A stretch of DNA of 64,000 nucleotides from an uncultured Acidimicrobiaceae bacterium (GTDB taxonomy: Bacteria; Actinomycetota; Acidimicrobiia; Acidimicrobiales; RAAP-2), in contig CAVTPE010000024.1 of the NCBI GenBank assembly GCA_963736515.1, positions 35,017-99,016 of the forward strand. The letters are read 5' to 3'. Numbering within the stretch: the first letter of the stretch is position 1; each line of letters starts with the position of its first letter. Positions 37,435-47,151 of this stretch are shown here, piece by piece. The notes below the pieces were generated by a model. That model did no database searches. It was not told the DNA's origin and saw only the letters and a list, made by a program, of their open reading frames with translations. Made by a program: the position numbers and the translations under genes.

Positions 37435-38474
37435 TCCCGATCATCCGGGTCAACCTGCGCCGCGCCGTCGGCGACCGGCGCTACCTGTTCGTCGCCACGG
37501 TGTTCCCGGTTCTCTTCATCCTCGTGACGGGTCTACTCGCCGGGAGCCCGAAAGAGCCGATCGGCCTCGTGCACCCGTCCCCGCGCCTGGTCCACCTGGT
37601 GGCCAGCACCGGCGACCTCAAGGTGCGCATCGAACCCAACCGGGCCCAGCTCGGTGACGACATCTTGCGGGGGCGGGTCGTCGCCGGCCTCATCGGCCTT
37701 CCGGCGCGGGCGGGGGCACAGCGCGTCGACTTCGTGAGCGAGTCCGCCTCGACCAGCGCGGTGCAGGCCCGAACAGACGTGGTCGCCCTGCTCGACCTGA
37801 TCGCTGCCGAGGGCACGCACACGACCGTCACCGACGTGACTCTCGCCCGCACCGATGTCCCGGCTGCACTCAGCCCCTTCTCCTATGTCGCGCCGGCCGA
37901 CCTGGTGCTGTTCCTGGGCATCACCGTGCTCCTCCTGTCATCGGGTGTGGTCGAGTCGCGCCGCCTTGGCCTCATGAACCGGCTGGCGGCAGCGCCGCTG
38001 CGCCGACGATCGGTCGTGGCCGCACTGATCGCCACCAGCCTCTGCGTGGCCGCCGTGCAGTGCGTCGGGCTCCTGGTGGTCGGCCGGTTGATCTTCGGCG
38101 TGCACTGGGGCGACCCAGCCGGGGTTTTCCTCGTGCTCACCATGCTGTCGCTCGCCTACTCCGGCGCGGCAGCGCTCGTGAGCATGCGCTCGCGCACCGA
38201 GGAGCAGGCCATCTCCCTCGCGGTCGTGCTCGGCATCGTGTGCGGCATGCTGGGCGGCTGCATGTACCCGCTCGACGTGGTCGGACCGGTGGTCCGGGGC
38301 GTCGGCCACGTGGTGCCCCAGGCCTGGGCCATGGACGCGTTCGTGAAGCTCATCTACGACCACGTCGGTCTGATCGCCGTGCTGCCGGAGATCGGGGTGC
38401 TCGCCCTCTTCGCGACCGTGCTCTGCGCGCTGGCCCTGAGGGCCTACGCGCGGACCGTGTACTCGCCCGGGTGA
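37431..38474 (+). CDS. ABC-2 family transporter permease (paralogous partner)
   Basis: GTGA overlap with the upstream permease. It has the same architecture (LVLFLGITVLLLSSGVVESRRLGLMNRL). Confidence 0.75.
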   Translation: MIPIIRVNLRRAVGDRRYLFVATVFPVLFILVTGLLAGSPKEPIGLVHPSPRLVHLVASTGDLKVRIEPNRAQLGDDILRGRVVAGLIGLPARAGAQRVDFVSESASTSAVQARTDVVALLDLIAAEGTHTTVTDVTLARTDVPAALSPFSYVAPADLVLFLGITVLLLSSGVVESRRLGLMNRLAAAPLRRRSVVAALIATSLCVAAVQCVGLLVVGRLIFGVHWGDPAGVFLVLTMLSLAYSGAAALVSMRSRTEEQAISLAVVLGIVCGMLGGCMYPLDVVGPVVRGVGHVVPQAWAMDAFVKLIYDHVGLIAVLPEIGVLALFATVLCALALRAYARTVYSPG

Positions 38475-39910
38475 AAGCGGCGGATCATCCGGCGGAACTT
38501 CCAGGTGTGGTCGGGCCACAGCGTGGTGTTGCGGCCCCGGTGGTCCAAGTACCAGCTCCCGCACCCGCCCTCGACCCAGACGGAGTGCTCCAGCCGGGCC
38601 TGGAGGCGCTCGTTGTAGCGCCGCTGCACCGCCGGCTTGACCTCGACCACGCGCACGCCGGGGCGGCGCAGGAAGGCCAGCGCGCTGGCGATGTAGTTGA
38701 TGTGCGACTCGATCATGTAGATCATGGAGTTGTGGGCCAACGTCGAGTTCGGCCCGATCATGAGGAACAAGTTCGGGAAGCCCGCCACCGTGGAGCCGGC
38801 GTAGGCCTCGACTCCATTCGTCTTCCAGGTCTCGGCCAACCGGAGGCCGCCCACGCCGACGATGTGCTCGGCGTAGGGAGGCTCGGCGGCCTCGAAGCCG
38901 GTGCCCATGATCACGACGTCGACCGGACGGGCGATGCCGTCCTGGCCCACCACCTCGTGCGCGGTGAACGAGGCCACCGGTGAGTCCACGACCTCCACGT
39001 TGGGGCGGGTCAGCGAGGGGTAGTAGTCGTCGGAGAGCAGCAGTCGCTTGCACCCTGGCTCGTAGTGCGGGGTGAGCTTCTCGCGCAGCGCCTCGTCGGG
39101 TACCTGCTTGGCGAGGTGGTCAAGGGCGGCCTTGCGCACCGCGGCCTTCCGCCGTTCCCCGTGCCCGACGAAGACCGACAGCAGCGACTCGAAGACGACG
39201 TAGATGCGGAGTCTGGACAAGCGCTGGAGCTTCGACATCTTGCGGTAGGCGAGCTTGCGTAGGCCCGAGACGGCCCGGTCGCGCCGGGGGACCACGAACG
39301 GAGGCGTCCGCTGGTGGACGTACAGGTGCTCGACGACCGGGGCGATCTTCGGCACGAACTGGATCGCCGAGGCCCCGGTGCCGACGACGCACACCCGCTT
39401 CCCCGTCAGGTCGAACCCGTGCTCCCAGCGAGCGGAGTGGAAGACCTTGCCGCGGAAGTCCGCCAAGCCCGGGAGCTCCGGGATCGACGGCTCGCTCAGC
39501 GACCCGGTGGCCCACACCAGCACCGGGGTGACGTACTCCTCTCCCGCGGTCGTCCGGACCACCCAGTGCGCCGTGGCCTCCTCCCAGCGCGCCTCTTCGA
39601 CGGCCCGGCCGAAGCGCAGATGTCCCCCAACCTCGAAGCGGTCGACGCAGTCGCGCAGGTAGTCCCAGATTTCGCCCTGCGGGGAGAACGAGCGCGACCA
39701 GTCGGGATTGAGGGCGAAGGAGAAGGAGTACAGGTTGGAGGGGACGTCACAGCAGGCGCCCGGGTACGAGTTGTCGCGCCACGTGCCTCCCAGGTCGTTG
39801 CCGCGGTCGAGGACGACGAAGTCCTCCACACCCATGGAGCGGAGGCGCGCCGCCATCCCGATGCCGGAGAACCCGGCCCCGACGATGACGACACTGTGCT
39901 CGCTGATCAC
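38444..39910 (-). CDS. flavin-dependent monooxygenase, BVMO/EthA-like
   Basis: VIVGAGFSGIG, GGTWRDNSYPGACCDVPS, BVMO fingerprint FRGKVFHSARW, and VVGTGASAIQ. GTGA overlap with the dehalogenase gene. Confidence 0.85.
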   Translation of the reverse strand: MISEHSVVIVGAGFSGIGMAARLRSMGVEDFVVLDRGNDLGGTWRDNSYPGACCDVPSNLYSFSFALNPDWSRSFSPQGEIWDYLRDCVDRFEVGGHLRFGRAVEEARWEEATAHWVVRTTAGEEYVTPVLVWATGSLSEPSIPELPGLADFRGKVFHSARWEHGFDLTGKRVCVVGTGASAIQFVPKIAPVVEHLYVHQRTPPFVVPRRDRAVSGLRKLAYRKMSKLQRLSRLRIYVVFESLLSVFVGHGERRKAAVRKAALDHLAKQVPDEALREKLTPHYEPGCKRLLLSDDYYPSLTRPNVEVVDSPVASFTAHEVVGQDGIARPVDVVIMGTGFEAAEPPYAEHIVGVGGLRLAETWKTNGVEAYAGSTVAGFPNLFLMIGPNSTLAHNSMIYMIESHINYIASALAFLRRPGVRVVEVKPAVQRRYNERLQARLEHSVWVEGGCGSWYLDHRGRNTTLWPDHTWKFRRMIRRFHPGEYTVRA

Positions 39911-40818
39911 GATGTGGAGGCGACGAAGGAGACCACGACCTCGGCCAACTCCTCCCCGCAGTCCTCCTGGAGGAAGTGGCCGCCGCCCACGATCGTCGTG
40001 TGGGGCTGCCCCTGCGCACCGGCGATCCGTTCTTTGAGGTTGCGGTCCGCACCCCTGGTGATGGGGTCGCTGTCGCTGAAGGCGCAGAGGAAGGGTCGAT
40101 CGAACGCGGCCAAGCCCACCCAGGCGGCCACGTTGGCGTCGTGGGCGGGGTCGTCGGGCCGAGACGGCACCAGCAGCGGGAATTGGCGTGCCCCCGACTT
40201 GTAGGACTCGTCGGGGAACGGCGCGTCGTAGGCCGCCTCCACCTCGGGCGCCACGGCCTTGGCGCACCCACCGCGGACGATGACGCCGGTGGGGAACTCC
40301 TGGACCTCCTGCGAGAAGCGCTGCCAGGAGAAGAAGGCATCGCCGGGATTGGTGTCGCCGGTCGGCAGGAAGGTGTTGGCCGCCACGACCCGGGCGAAAC
40401 GGTCGGGATGCTCACCGACCAGGCGCAGGCCGATGAGCCCGCCCCAGTCTTGGCCCACCAGGGTGATCCCGCCCAGGTCGAGCCGGTCGAAGAGCAGCTC
40501 GCGCATCCACTCGACGTGGCGGCCGAACGTGTAGTCGGCGCGCTCGGCCGGCTTGTCCGAGCGCCCGAAGCCGACCAGGTCGGGTGCCACGACCTGCAGC
40601 CCGGCCCCGGCGAGGACGGGGATCATCTTGCGGTAGAGGTACGACCACGAGGGCTCGCCGTGCATCAGGAGCACGACGGGAGCCGAACGGTCGCCCTCCC
40701 GCACGTAGTGCACCCGCAGCGAGCCCCCCTCGGAGTCGGCGACCTCGGCGTAGTGCGGGTCGAATTCGTAGCCGGGCAGGTCGCGGAAGCGGTCGTCAGG
40801 AGTGCGCAGGGTCTTCAT
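39907..40818 (-). CDS. haloalkane dehalogenase (HLD-I, DhlA/DmbB-like alpha/beta hydrolase)
   Basis: RTPDDRFRDLPGYEFDPHY, LMHGEPSWSYLYRKMIPVLA, GFGRSDKP, and the nucleophile block VGQDWGG. Confidence 0.85.
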   Translation of the reverse strand: MKTLRTPDDRFRDLPGYEFDPHYAEVADSEGGSLRVHYVREGDRSAPVVLLMHGEPSWSYLYRKMIPVLAGAGLQVVAPDLVGFGRSDKPAERADYTFGRHVEWMRELLFDRLDLGGITLVGQDWGGLIGLRLVGEHPDRFARVVAANTFLPTGDTNPGDAFFSWQRFSQEVQEFPTGVIVRGGCAKAVAPEVEAAYDAPFPDESYKSGARQFPLLVPSRPDDPAHDANVAAWVGLAAFDRPFLCAFSDSDPITRGADRNLKERIAGAQGQPHTTIVGGGHFLQEDCGEELAEVVVSFVASTS

Positions 40819-40942
40819 GCAGGCCGGAGCCTATGCCGCCGGAACCGATCGTTGCCGTGGGAGCCCCGAGGTGCGCCGTAGCTCCCGCGCCCCATAACCT
40901 GACACCAACGTCACAGAACACCCGGTGGGAGGGAAGCGCGCC

Positions 40943-42172
40943 ATGGCACTATCCGACGCTCAGGAGTACGACCCGTTCAGTGCCTTCGACGACGTGGTGG
41001 CCGGAACGACGCGGGATCCCTATCCGGACCTCGTGGTCAAGCGGCACGAGACACCCGTCGAAAAAGGCCTCACCATCTCCCCGGAGTCCCTGCCCGAGGG
41101 CATCGACGTCGAGCCGGGATGGATCGCCTACCGCTACGACGACTGCTCGCGGATCTTGCGCGACGCCAAGACGTTCACCTCGACCGGCTATGACGTCACG
41201 ATCGGCATGGTGATGGGCCACATGATCCTCGGCATGGACGACCCCGAGCACCGCAGCCACCGCAACCTGGTGGCGCACGCTTTCCGCGAGAAGGCGCTGG
41301 CGCGCTGGGAGCCCGAGTTCATCCGCCCGATCATCGACGACCAGATCGACCGCTTCGCCGCCGACGGTCAGGCCGATCTGGTGCGCCAGCTCACGTTCGA
41401 GTTTCCTGTCCGGGTTATCGCGCGTCTGCTCGGGCTGCCCGAGGAGGACTTCCCACAATTCCAACGCTGGTCGGTCGAGCTCATCGGCCTGGTGGCGGAC
41501 ATCGATCGAGGCATCGCCGCCTCGGAGGCGCTGCGCGAGTATTTCGCCGGCATCGTGGCCGACCGGCGGGCCCACCCCGCCGAGGATGTGATCAGCGATC
41601 TGGTCTCCGCCGAGGTCGACGGCGAAAAGCTGACCGACGAAGCCATCTACTCCTTCCTGCGCCTCCTGCTCCCGGCGGGGGCCGAGACGACCTACCGCTC
41701 GTCGGGCAACCTGCTCTACCTGCTCCTCACCCATCCCCAGCAGCTCGGGGCGGTGCAAGCCGACCGCTCGCTGCTGCCCCAGGCCATTGAGGAGGGGCTG
41801 CGCTACGAGCCCCCGCTGCTCACCATCAACCGGACCACGACCTGCGAGGTCGAGATCGGGGGCGTCCCCCTCGGCCCCGGCGAGAGCATCACGCCCCACA
41901 TCGGCTCGGCCAACCACGACGAGACTCGCTGGGAGGACCCCGAGACCTTCGACATCTTCCGCCCCGCCATCCCCCACATCGCCTTCGCGCACGGGCCGCA
42001 CATGTGCCTCGGGATGCACCTCGCCCGGCTCGAGACCCGGGCGTTGCTCAACCGCGTGTTCGACCGCCTGCCGGACCTGGCCCTGGACCCCGGCGACACC
42101 GATCCTCACATCCGCGGCGACGTCTTCCGCTCCCCCACCGCGCTGCCGGTCACGTTCCGTCCGGCGCCCTGA
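40943..42172 (+). CDS. cytochrome P450
   Basis: AGAETT, the EGLRYEPP (ExxR) block, and the heme loop FAHGPHMCLGMHLARLE. GGGAGGGAAG lies upstream of ATG 40943. Confidence 0.88.
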   Translation: MALSDAQEYDPFSAFDDVVAGTTRDPYPDLVVKRHETPVEKGLTISPESLPEGIDVEPGWIAYRYDDCSRILRDAKTFTSTGYDVTIGMVMGHMILGMDDPEHRSHRNLVAHAFREKALARWEPEFIRPIIDDQIDRFAADGQADLVRQLTFEFPVRVIARLLGLPEEDFPQFQRWSVELIGLVADIDRGIAASEALREYFAGIVADRRAHPAEDVISDLVSAEVDGEKLTDEAIYSFLRLLLPAGAETTYRSSGNLLYLLLTHPQQLGAVQADRSLLPQAIEEGLRYEPPLLTINRTTTCEVEIGGVPLGPGESITPHIGSANHDETRWEDPETFDIFRPAIPHIAFAHGPHMCLGMHLARLETRALLNRVFDRLPDLALDPGDTDPHIRGDVFRSPTALPVTFRPAP

Positions 42173-42185
42173 CGATGCCGGTGCG

Positions 42186-42866
42186 TCAGCCGATCTGACG
42201 GACCTCGACATCGTTGCCCCTTGCGATGAGGACGCTCGTGACCAGGGAGGGCGGGAACAGGCCGTGGGCCACGACGCCGGGCACCGCGTCGAGCATGGCG
42301 GCCAGAGAGGCGGGATCGTCGATGTCGCCGTAGTAGTCGGCGAGCACCCCGCCGTCGGGCGTTCGCGGCGCACGCCGTAGCACCGCGCCGGGGAGCGCGC
42401 GCAGGGTGGCCGCCAGCCCGAAAGCCAAGAGCTCCAGCGGGACCGGCGGACGCAGACGATCGACCGGCTTGTCCGAAGACACAATGACGACGAATCGATC
42501 CGCCGCCGCGGCCACGATCCTCTCGCGGGTGTGCGCGCCTCCCCCGCCCTTGATCAGCCAGCCGACGGGGTCGACCTGATCGGCCCCGTCGATGGTCAGG
42601 TCGAGTCGATCAATGTCGGTGAAGGGTCTGACGTCGAGCCCGACATCGGCCGCGAGCTCTGCGGTCGCCGGCGAGGTCGAGATGCACGTGATCTCCAACC
42701 GGCGCGCACCGAGGGCGGGCACCAGCTCGGCCACGGTGGAGCCGGTACCCAAGCCGACCCACATCCCGTTCTCGACCAGCGCCACCGCGGTCTCGGCAAC
42801 GGCGCGCTTCTCGGCCTTGTGGTCAGGTCCCGTCACCACCGGCTCGCGCTCAGCTGCGCGGGACAT
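42186..42866 (-). CDS. rpiA: ribose-5-phosphate isomerase A
   Basis: VGLGTGSTV, IDGADQVDP, LIKGGGGAHTRERI. Confidence 0.85.
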   Translation of the reverse strand: MSRAAEREPVVTGPDHKAEKRAVAETAVALVENGMWVGLGTGSTVAELVPALGARRLEITCISTSPATAELAADVGLDVRPFTDIDRLDLTIDGADQVDPVGWLIKGGGGAHTRERIVAAAADRFVVIVSSDKPVDRLRPPVPLELLAFGLAATLRALPGAVLRRAPRTPDGGVLADYYGDIDDPASLAAMLDAVPGVVAHGLFPPSLVTSVLIARGNDVEVRQIG

Positions 42867-44040
42867 CCCTCCAGGGAAGCTCCTTGTCGGTGCGGACGTC
42901 GCCCGGGAGGCCGAGTACGCGCTCACCGAGGATGTTGCGCATCACCTCGGAGGTCCCCCCCTCGATGGAGTTCGCCCGGACCCGCAGGAACATCTTGTGC
43001 ACGTCGGTCGAGCCCATGCCCACCAGGTCGGGGCGGACCATGGGGTAGCCGGCCGGGAACAGCATGGCGTCGTTGCCCAAGAGGTCCATGCAGAGGTCGT
43101 AGATCCGCTTGTTCTCCTCGGCGTAGGCGAGCTTGGCCACCGAGCCTTCGGGGCCGGGCGTGCCGGCCTTGCGTGTCTGTGCGGCGCGGGCGTTGGTCAT
43201 GGAAAGCGCCTCCATGCGGATGTAGCTCGAGACGACCCGATCGCGCAGTGCGAGGGCGTGCGCCGAGGTGTCGCCCTGCCAGCGCTCCTTCCAGATCTTG
43301 ACTGCTTCCGCGACGGGTCCGCCGCCTCGCCGCGTGACCGCCCCGCCGATGGAGACCCGCTCGTTCATCAGCGTCGTGACCGCGACGCGCCATCCCTCAC
43401 CCTCGCCGCCGAGGCGGCCCGAGTCGGACATCCGCACGTCGGTGAAGAAGACCTCGTTGAATTCCGCCTCACCCGTGATCTGGAAGAGCGGGCGCACCTC
43501 GACGCCAGGGGCCTTCATATCGACCAGGAACGCCGTCATCCCCCTGTGCTTGGGGACATCGGGATTCGTGCGCGCCACGATCAGCCCGAAGGCCGAGATG
43601 TGCGCCAGGGTGGTCCACACCTTCTGCCCGTTCAGCAACCACTCCTCGCCGTCGCGCTCGGCGCGGGTGGACAGCCCGGCGACGTCGGAGCCTGCACCAG
43701 GCTCGCTGAACAGCTGGCACCAGATCTCCTCATTGGTGAAGAGGGGCCTGAGGTAGCGCTCCTTCTGCTCGGTCGTCCCGTGGGTGGCGATGGTCGGCGC
43801 GCACATCCCGTAGCCGATGGGGTTGCGCACCCCGGCCACCGGAGCGCCACTCGCGTGTAGCCGTGACTGCGCCTTGTGCTGCTCCCGCGGCGTCAGTCCG
43901 AGCCCGCCCGACCCGGGCGGGAAGTGCAGCCAGGCCAGGCCGCGGTCGAACTGCTCCCCGAGGAACTCCTGTGCGGGAGTGGTGCTCGGCGGTAGGTCGG
44001 CCAGCAGCCTGTCAACCAGTTCGTCGACGTCCGGACTCAT
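42850..44040 (-). CDS. acyl-CoA dehydrogenase
   Basis: WCQLFSEPGAGSDVAGLSTRAERDGEEWLLNGQKVWTT and the C-terminal IEGGTSEVMRNILGERVLGLP. Confidence 0.88.
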   Translation of the reverse strand: MSPDVDELVDRLLADLPPSTTPAQEFLGEQFDRGLAWLHFPPGSGGLGLTPREQHKAQSRLHASGAPVAGVRNPIGYGMCAPTIATHGTTEQKERYLRPLFTNEEIWCQLFSEPGAGSDVAGLSTRAERDGEEWLLNGQKVWTTLAHISAFGLIVARTNPDVPKHRGMTAFLVDMKAPGVEVRPLFQITGEAEFNEVFFTDVRMSDSGRLGGEGEGWRVAVTTLMNERVSIGGAVTRRGGGPVAEAVKIWKERWQGDTSAHALALRDRVVSSYIRMEALSMTNARAAQTRKAGTPGPEGSVAKLAYAEENKRIYDLCMDLLGNDAMLFPAGYPMVRPDLVGMGSTDVHKMFLRVRANSIEGGTSEVMRNILGERVLGLPGDVRTDKELPWRDVPRS

Positions 44041-44147
44041 GCCCGCACCCTATAGCGTGCTCTCGTGCGGGTACCTGCTCACCCGGGACGGTTCGGGAAC
44101 CAGCGCCCCGTCTGCCCGCGTGGACCAGTTGACGGAGCGACGGAGGC

Positions 44148-45044
44148 GTGACGGGATCGGTGACGCTCCCCGACGGACGCATGCTGGCCTATGAGGAGTA
44201 CGGCGTGCCGACGGGCTTTCCGATCCTGAGCTTCCACGGCGGCCTGAGCTCCCGGCTCGACGCGGCGCCGGCCCACACGGCGGCGGCGGCCAAAGGGGTC
44301 CGCCTCATCTCGCCCGATCGGCCCGGCATGGGGCTCTCGAGCTACCAATCCCGACGCCGGCTCACCGACTGGCCCGCCGACGTGGCCTCCCTGACCGGGG
44401 CCCTCGGGATCGAGGAGTTCGCGGTGATGGGCTGGTCGGCCGGTGGCCCCTACGCCGCCATCTGTGCCGCCAGGATGGACGGCCGCGTGACCGCAGCGGC
44501 GCTCCTCTCGAGCGCGGTGCCGCTGGACCTCTACGGCACCACCCGCGGGTTGTCCCTGGAGGACCGTGCCCTGCTCCTCCTGAGCCGGCGGACGCCGTCG
44601 CTGGCCTCGGCTCTGATGACGGTCAGCATCGTGAACGCCAGCAACGCTCGACTGTTTCGCGCTGTCATGCGTTCGTTCCCGCCGGCGGACCGGACCGTCC
44701 TGACCGAGTGGGGACCGCCGGACCACGCGCTGGCCTTCGTGCGGGAGGCGATGCGTCAGGGCACGGAAGGCTGCGTGGAGGACTACCGGATCTTCGGGGA
44801 ACCTTGGGGCTTCGCACTCGAGGAGATCCGGATCCCGGTCCACATTTGGGAGGGCGCCGACGATCGGACCGGGCCACCGGGCTACCGCGCCTTCCTCAAA
44901 CGTCACATCCCCCAGGCCTCCGTCACCGTCGTACCCGGCGAGGGCCACCTCTCACTGCTACCGCATCAGGCCCCGGCGATCTTCGCCTCACTGCTCGGCG
45001 GCGACCACAACGCCGAGTCCACGGCCCAGTGGAACGTCGGGTAG
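44148..45044 (+). CDS. alpha/beta-fold hydrolase
   Basis: FHGGLSSRL and the nucleophile elbow VMGWSAGGPYA. Confidence 0.75.
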   Translation: MTGSVTLPDGRMLAYEEYGVPTGFPILSFHGGLSSRLDAAPAHTAAAAKGVRLISPDRPGMGLSSYQSRRRLTDWPADVASLTGALGIEEFAVMGWSAGGPYAAICAARMDGRVTAAALLSSAVPLDLYGTTRGLSLEDRALLLLSRRTPSLASALMTVSIVNASNARLFRAVMRSFPPADRTVLTEWGPPDHALAFVREAMRQGTEGCVEDYRIFGEPWGFALEEIRIPVHIWEGADDRTGPPGYRAFLKRHIPQASVTVVPGEGHLSLLPHQAPAIFASLLGGDHNAESTAQWNVG

Positions 45045-46331
45045 GCGAAGATCATGGAGCGCATCGTCTCCACCGGGACCCGGGCGTGCACGGCCAACGC
45101 CAGCAGGCCCAGCACCTCGCCGCCCGTCGGGCCCATCGACGTCGCCCCCACGAGGACGTCGTCGCGGGCGATCAGCTTCACGAAGCCCTCGCCGCGGTGG
45201 ATCCAGCCGCGCGCTCGACGCGGCGATCGACTCCTGGAAGACGGTCACGTCCCCGCGCTGCTCCCGTGCCTGCGCCTCGGTCAACCCCACCGAGCCGATC
45301 TCGGGGTCGGTGAAGATCATCCGCGGCAGCGCCCGGTAGTCAGCATCCGGGCGCGGCCGGCCCAGGATGTCCGCCACGCAGAGCCTGGCCTGGAAGACGG
45401 CGACGTGGGTGAAGGCACCCTTCCCAGTGACGTCGCCGACCGCCCAGACGCCGGGCGCCACCCGCATGCGTCCGTCGACCGGGATGCTCGGGGCACCCTC
45501 GTCGAGGCCCAGCGCGCCCACCCCGAGCGCGGCCAGGTCGCTCCGGCGCCCCGTGGCGACCAGCATCCGCTCGCCGCTCAAGGCCCTCCCGTCGGCCAGG
45601 TGCACGGTCGCCCCCGTGTCCCCCGCCGGTTCGACTCGCTCGATCGTGGCGCCGGTGTGCACCTCCACCCCCTCGCGGCGCAACACTTCGGTGATGAGGT
45701 CGGAGGCCTCGGGCTCCTCGGGTTCGGCGAGCCGCGGGCCCGAATCGACGAGGGTGACCCGAGCCCCGAAGCGGCTCATCACCTGCCCGATCTCGAGGCC
45801 GACGGACCCGCCCCCGATGACGAGCAGCGACGCGGGCACCGCTTCGGCGGCCACCGCGCCGCGGCTCGTCCAGTGCGGCACCCCCGCGAACATCGGCGGG
45901 ACGAAGGCATGCTGGCCGGTGGACAGGACCAGGGCGCGGCGCGCCGTGATCGTCCGGCCGCCGACCTCGACCGCGGCCCGACCGGTGACCCGCGCCTTCC
46001 CCCGGATGAAATGGCCGCCCTTTTCCTTGAAACGATCGAGGGCGACCGTGTCGTCCCAGAAGTCGGTGGCCTCCTCGCGGATCCGCCGGGCCACCGGCGA
46101 CCAGTCGGGGGTGACGACCGCCATGCCCGCCAGGCCAGGGATGCGCCGGCCTTCGGCCAGGAGGTCGGAGGCACGGACCATCATCTTGGTGGGTATGCAC
46201 CCCCAGTACGGGCACTCCCCGCCCACCAGCTCCGCCTCGATGCCCACGACGTCGAGTCCCGCCTCGGCCAGCTCCCCCGCGACCTGCTCACCGCCCGGGC
46301 CGAGGCCGACGACAATGGCGTCGACCTCCAC
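44966..46331 (-). pseudogene. class I pyridine nucleotide-disulfide oxidoreductase (dihydrolipoamide/mercuric-reductase-like), frameshifted near the dimerisation domain
   Basis: VVGLGPGGEQ and the redox centre GGECPYWGCIPTK. The frame is lost at about 45209-45215 (AASSA|GWIHRGEGFVKLIARDDVLVGATSMGPTGGEV... continues in another frame to 44966). Confidence 0.75.
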
Positions 46332-46335
46332 CGAC

Positions 46336-47151
46336 CTACAACCCGCCCCAGTTGGTCACCTGGACGGGGGCCACGATCGGCGTGCCGACGACCAGTTGGA
46401 TCTCGTAGTGGTCACCCAGGGGGAGGTTGTTGGGATCGCCCGTATAGAGGCCGGGCTTCTTTCCCGGCGAGGTGAAGAAGACCGTCACGGGCCCGCTGGC
46501 GGACCCGACCTGGGTCTTGCTGAGCGGGATGCCCCACAGCTGGAAGAACTGGCCCAGCGTGAAGGTCTGCGTGGTGCTCGGCGACTCGATGTGGATGATC
46601 CCGTCGTTGGCGTGCACGTGCAGCCAGTAGAAGCAACTCCCCGTCTGCACGAAGGGGCCGGTCGAGGTGCTCACGGCTTGGAAGCCCGGAATCCCGATGC
46701 CATAGGGGATCACCCGGGCCTTGCCGTCCACGAAGATCGTCAGGTGGGTGTGGACGTGGACGACCGTCTGCTCGCCAGCCTGGCACTGGACCCCGTCAAC
46801 CCCCTGGCCGGTGGCCGCGTTGAGCAGCGTGGCCAGCTTGGGCCCGCTCGGGACGGGGATGGTCTCGGGCCCGGGCGTCCCAGCCGGCGGCTGCACCCAC
46901 GTGGAGGACAGGGAGGCCGGGATGGGCTCGAGCGCGACGTGGGGGTTCTTGAATTGGGGCGGCACGCTGCCGGAGCCGCCCCCGGTCAGGTTGGTGATGA
47001 GGATGACGACCAGCGCGACCACCACGATCGCACCACCGACGCGGACGCCGATGCGAACGCGCTTCTGCCGCTGCTCCGCGGCGCGCTTCTCGGCGGCGCG
47101 CCGCTGGTTTTCGGCCCTCCGCTGGGCCTTCGACTTGCTCTGACTGGTCAT
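46336..47151 (-). CDS. membrane-anchored hypothetical protein (basic N-tail, one TM, ~200-aa extracytoplasmic domain)
   Basis: KAQRRAENQRRAAEKRAAEQRQKR followed by GGAIVVVALVVILI. ATGA overlap with the upstream gene. Confidence 0.65.
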   Translation of the reverse strand: MTSQSKSKAQRRAENQRRAAEKRAAEQRQKRVRIGVRVGGAIVVVALVVILITNLTGGGSGSVPPQFKNPHVALEPIPASLSSTWVQPPAGTPGPETIPVPSGPKLATLLNAATGQGVDGVQCQAGEQTVVHVHTHLTIFVDGKARVIPYGIGIPGFQAVSTSTGPFVQTGSCFYWLHVHANDGIIHIESPSTTQTFTLGQFFQLWGIPLSKTQVGSASGPVTVFFTSPGKKPGLYTGDPNNLPLGDHYEIQLVVGTPIVAPVQVTNWGGL

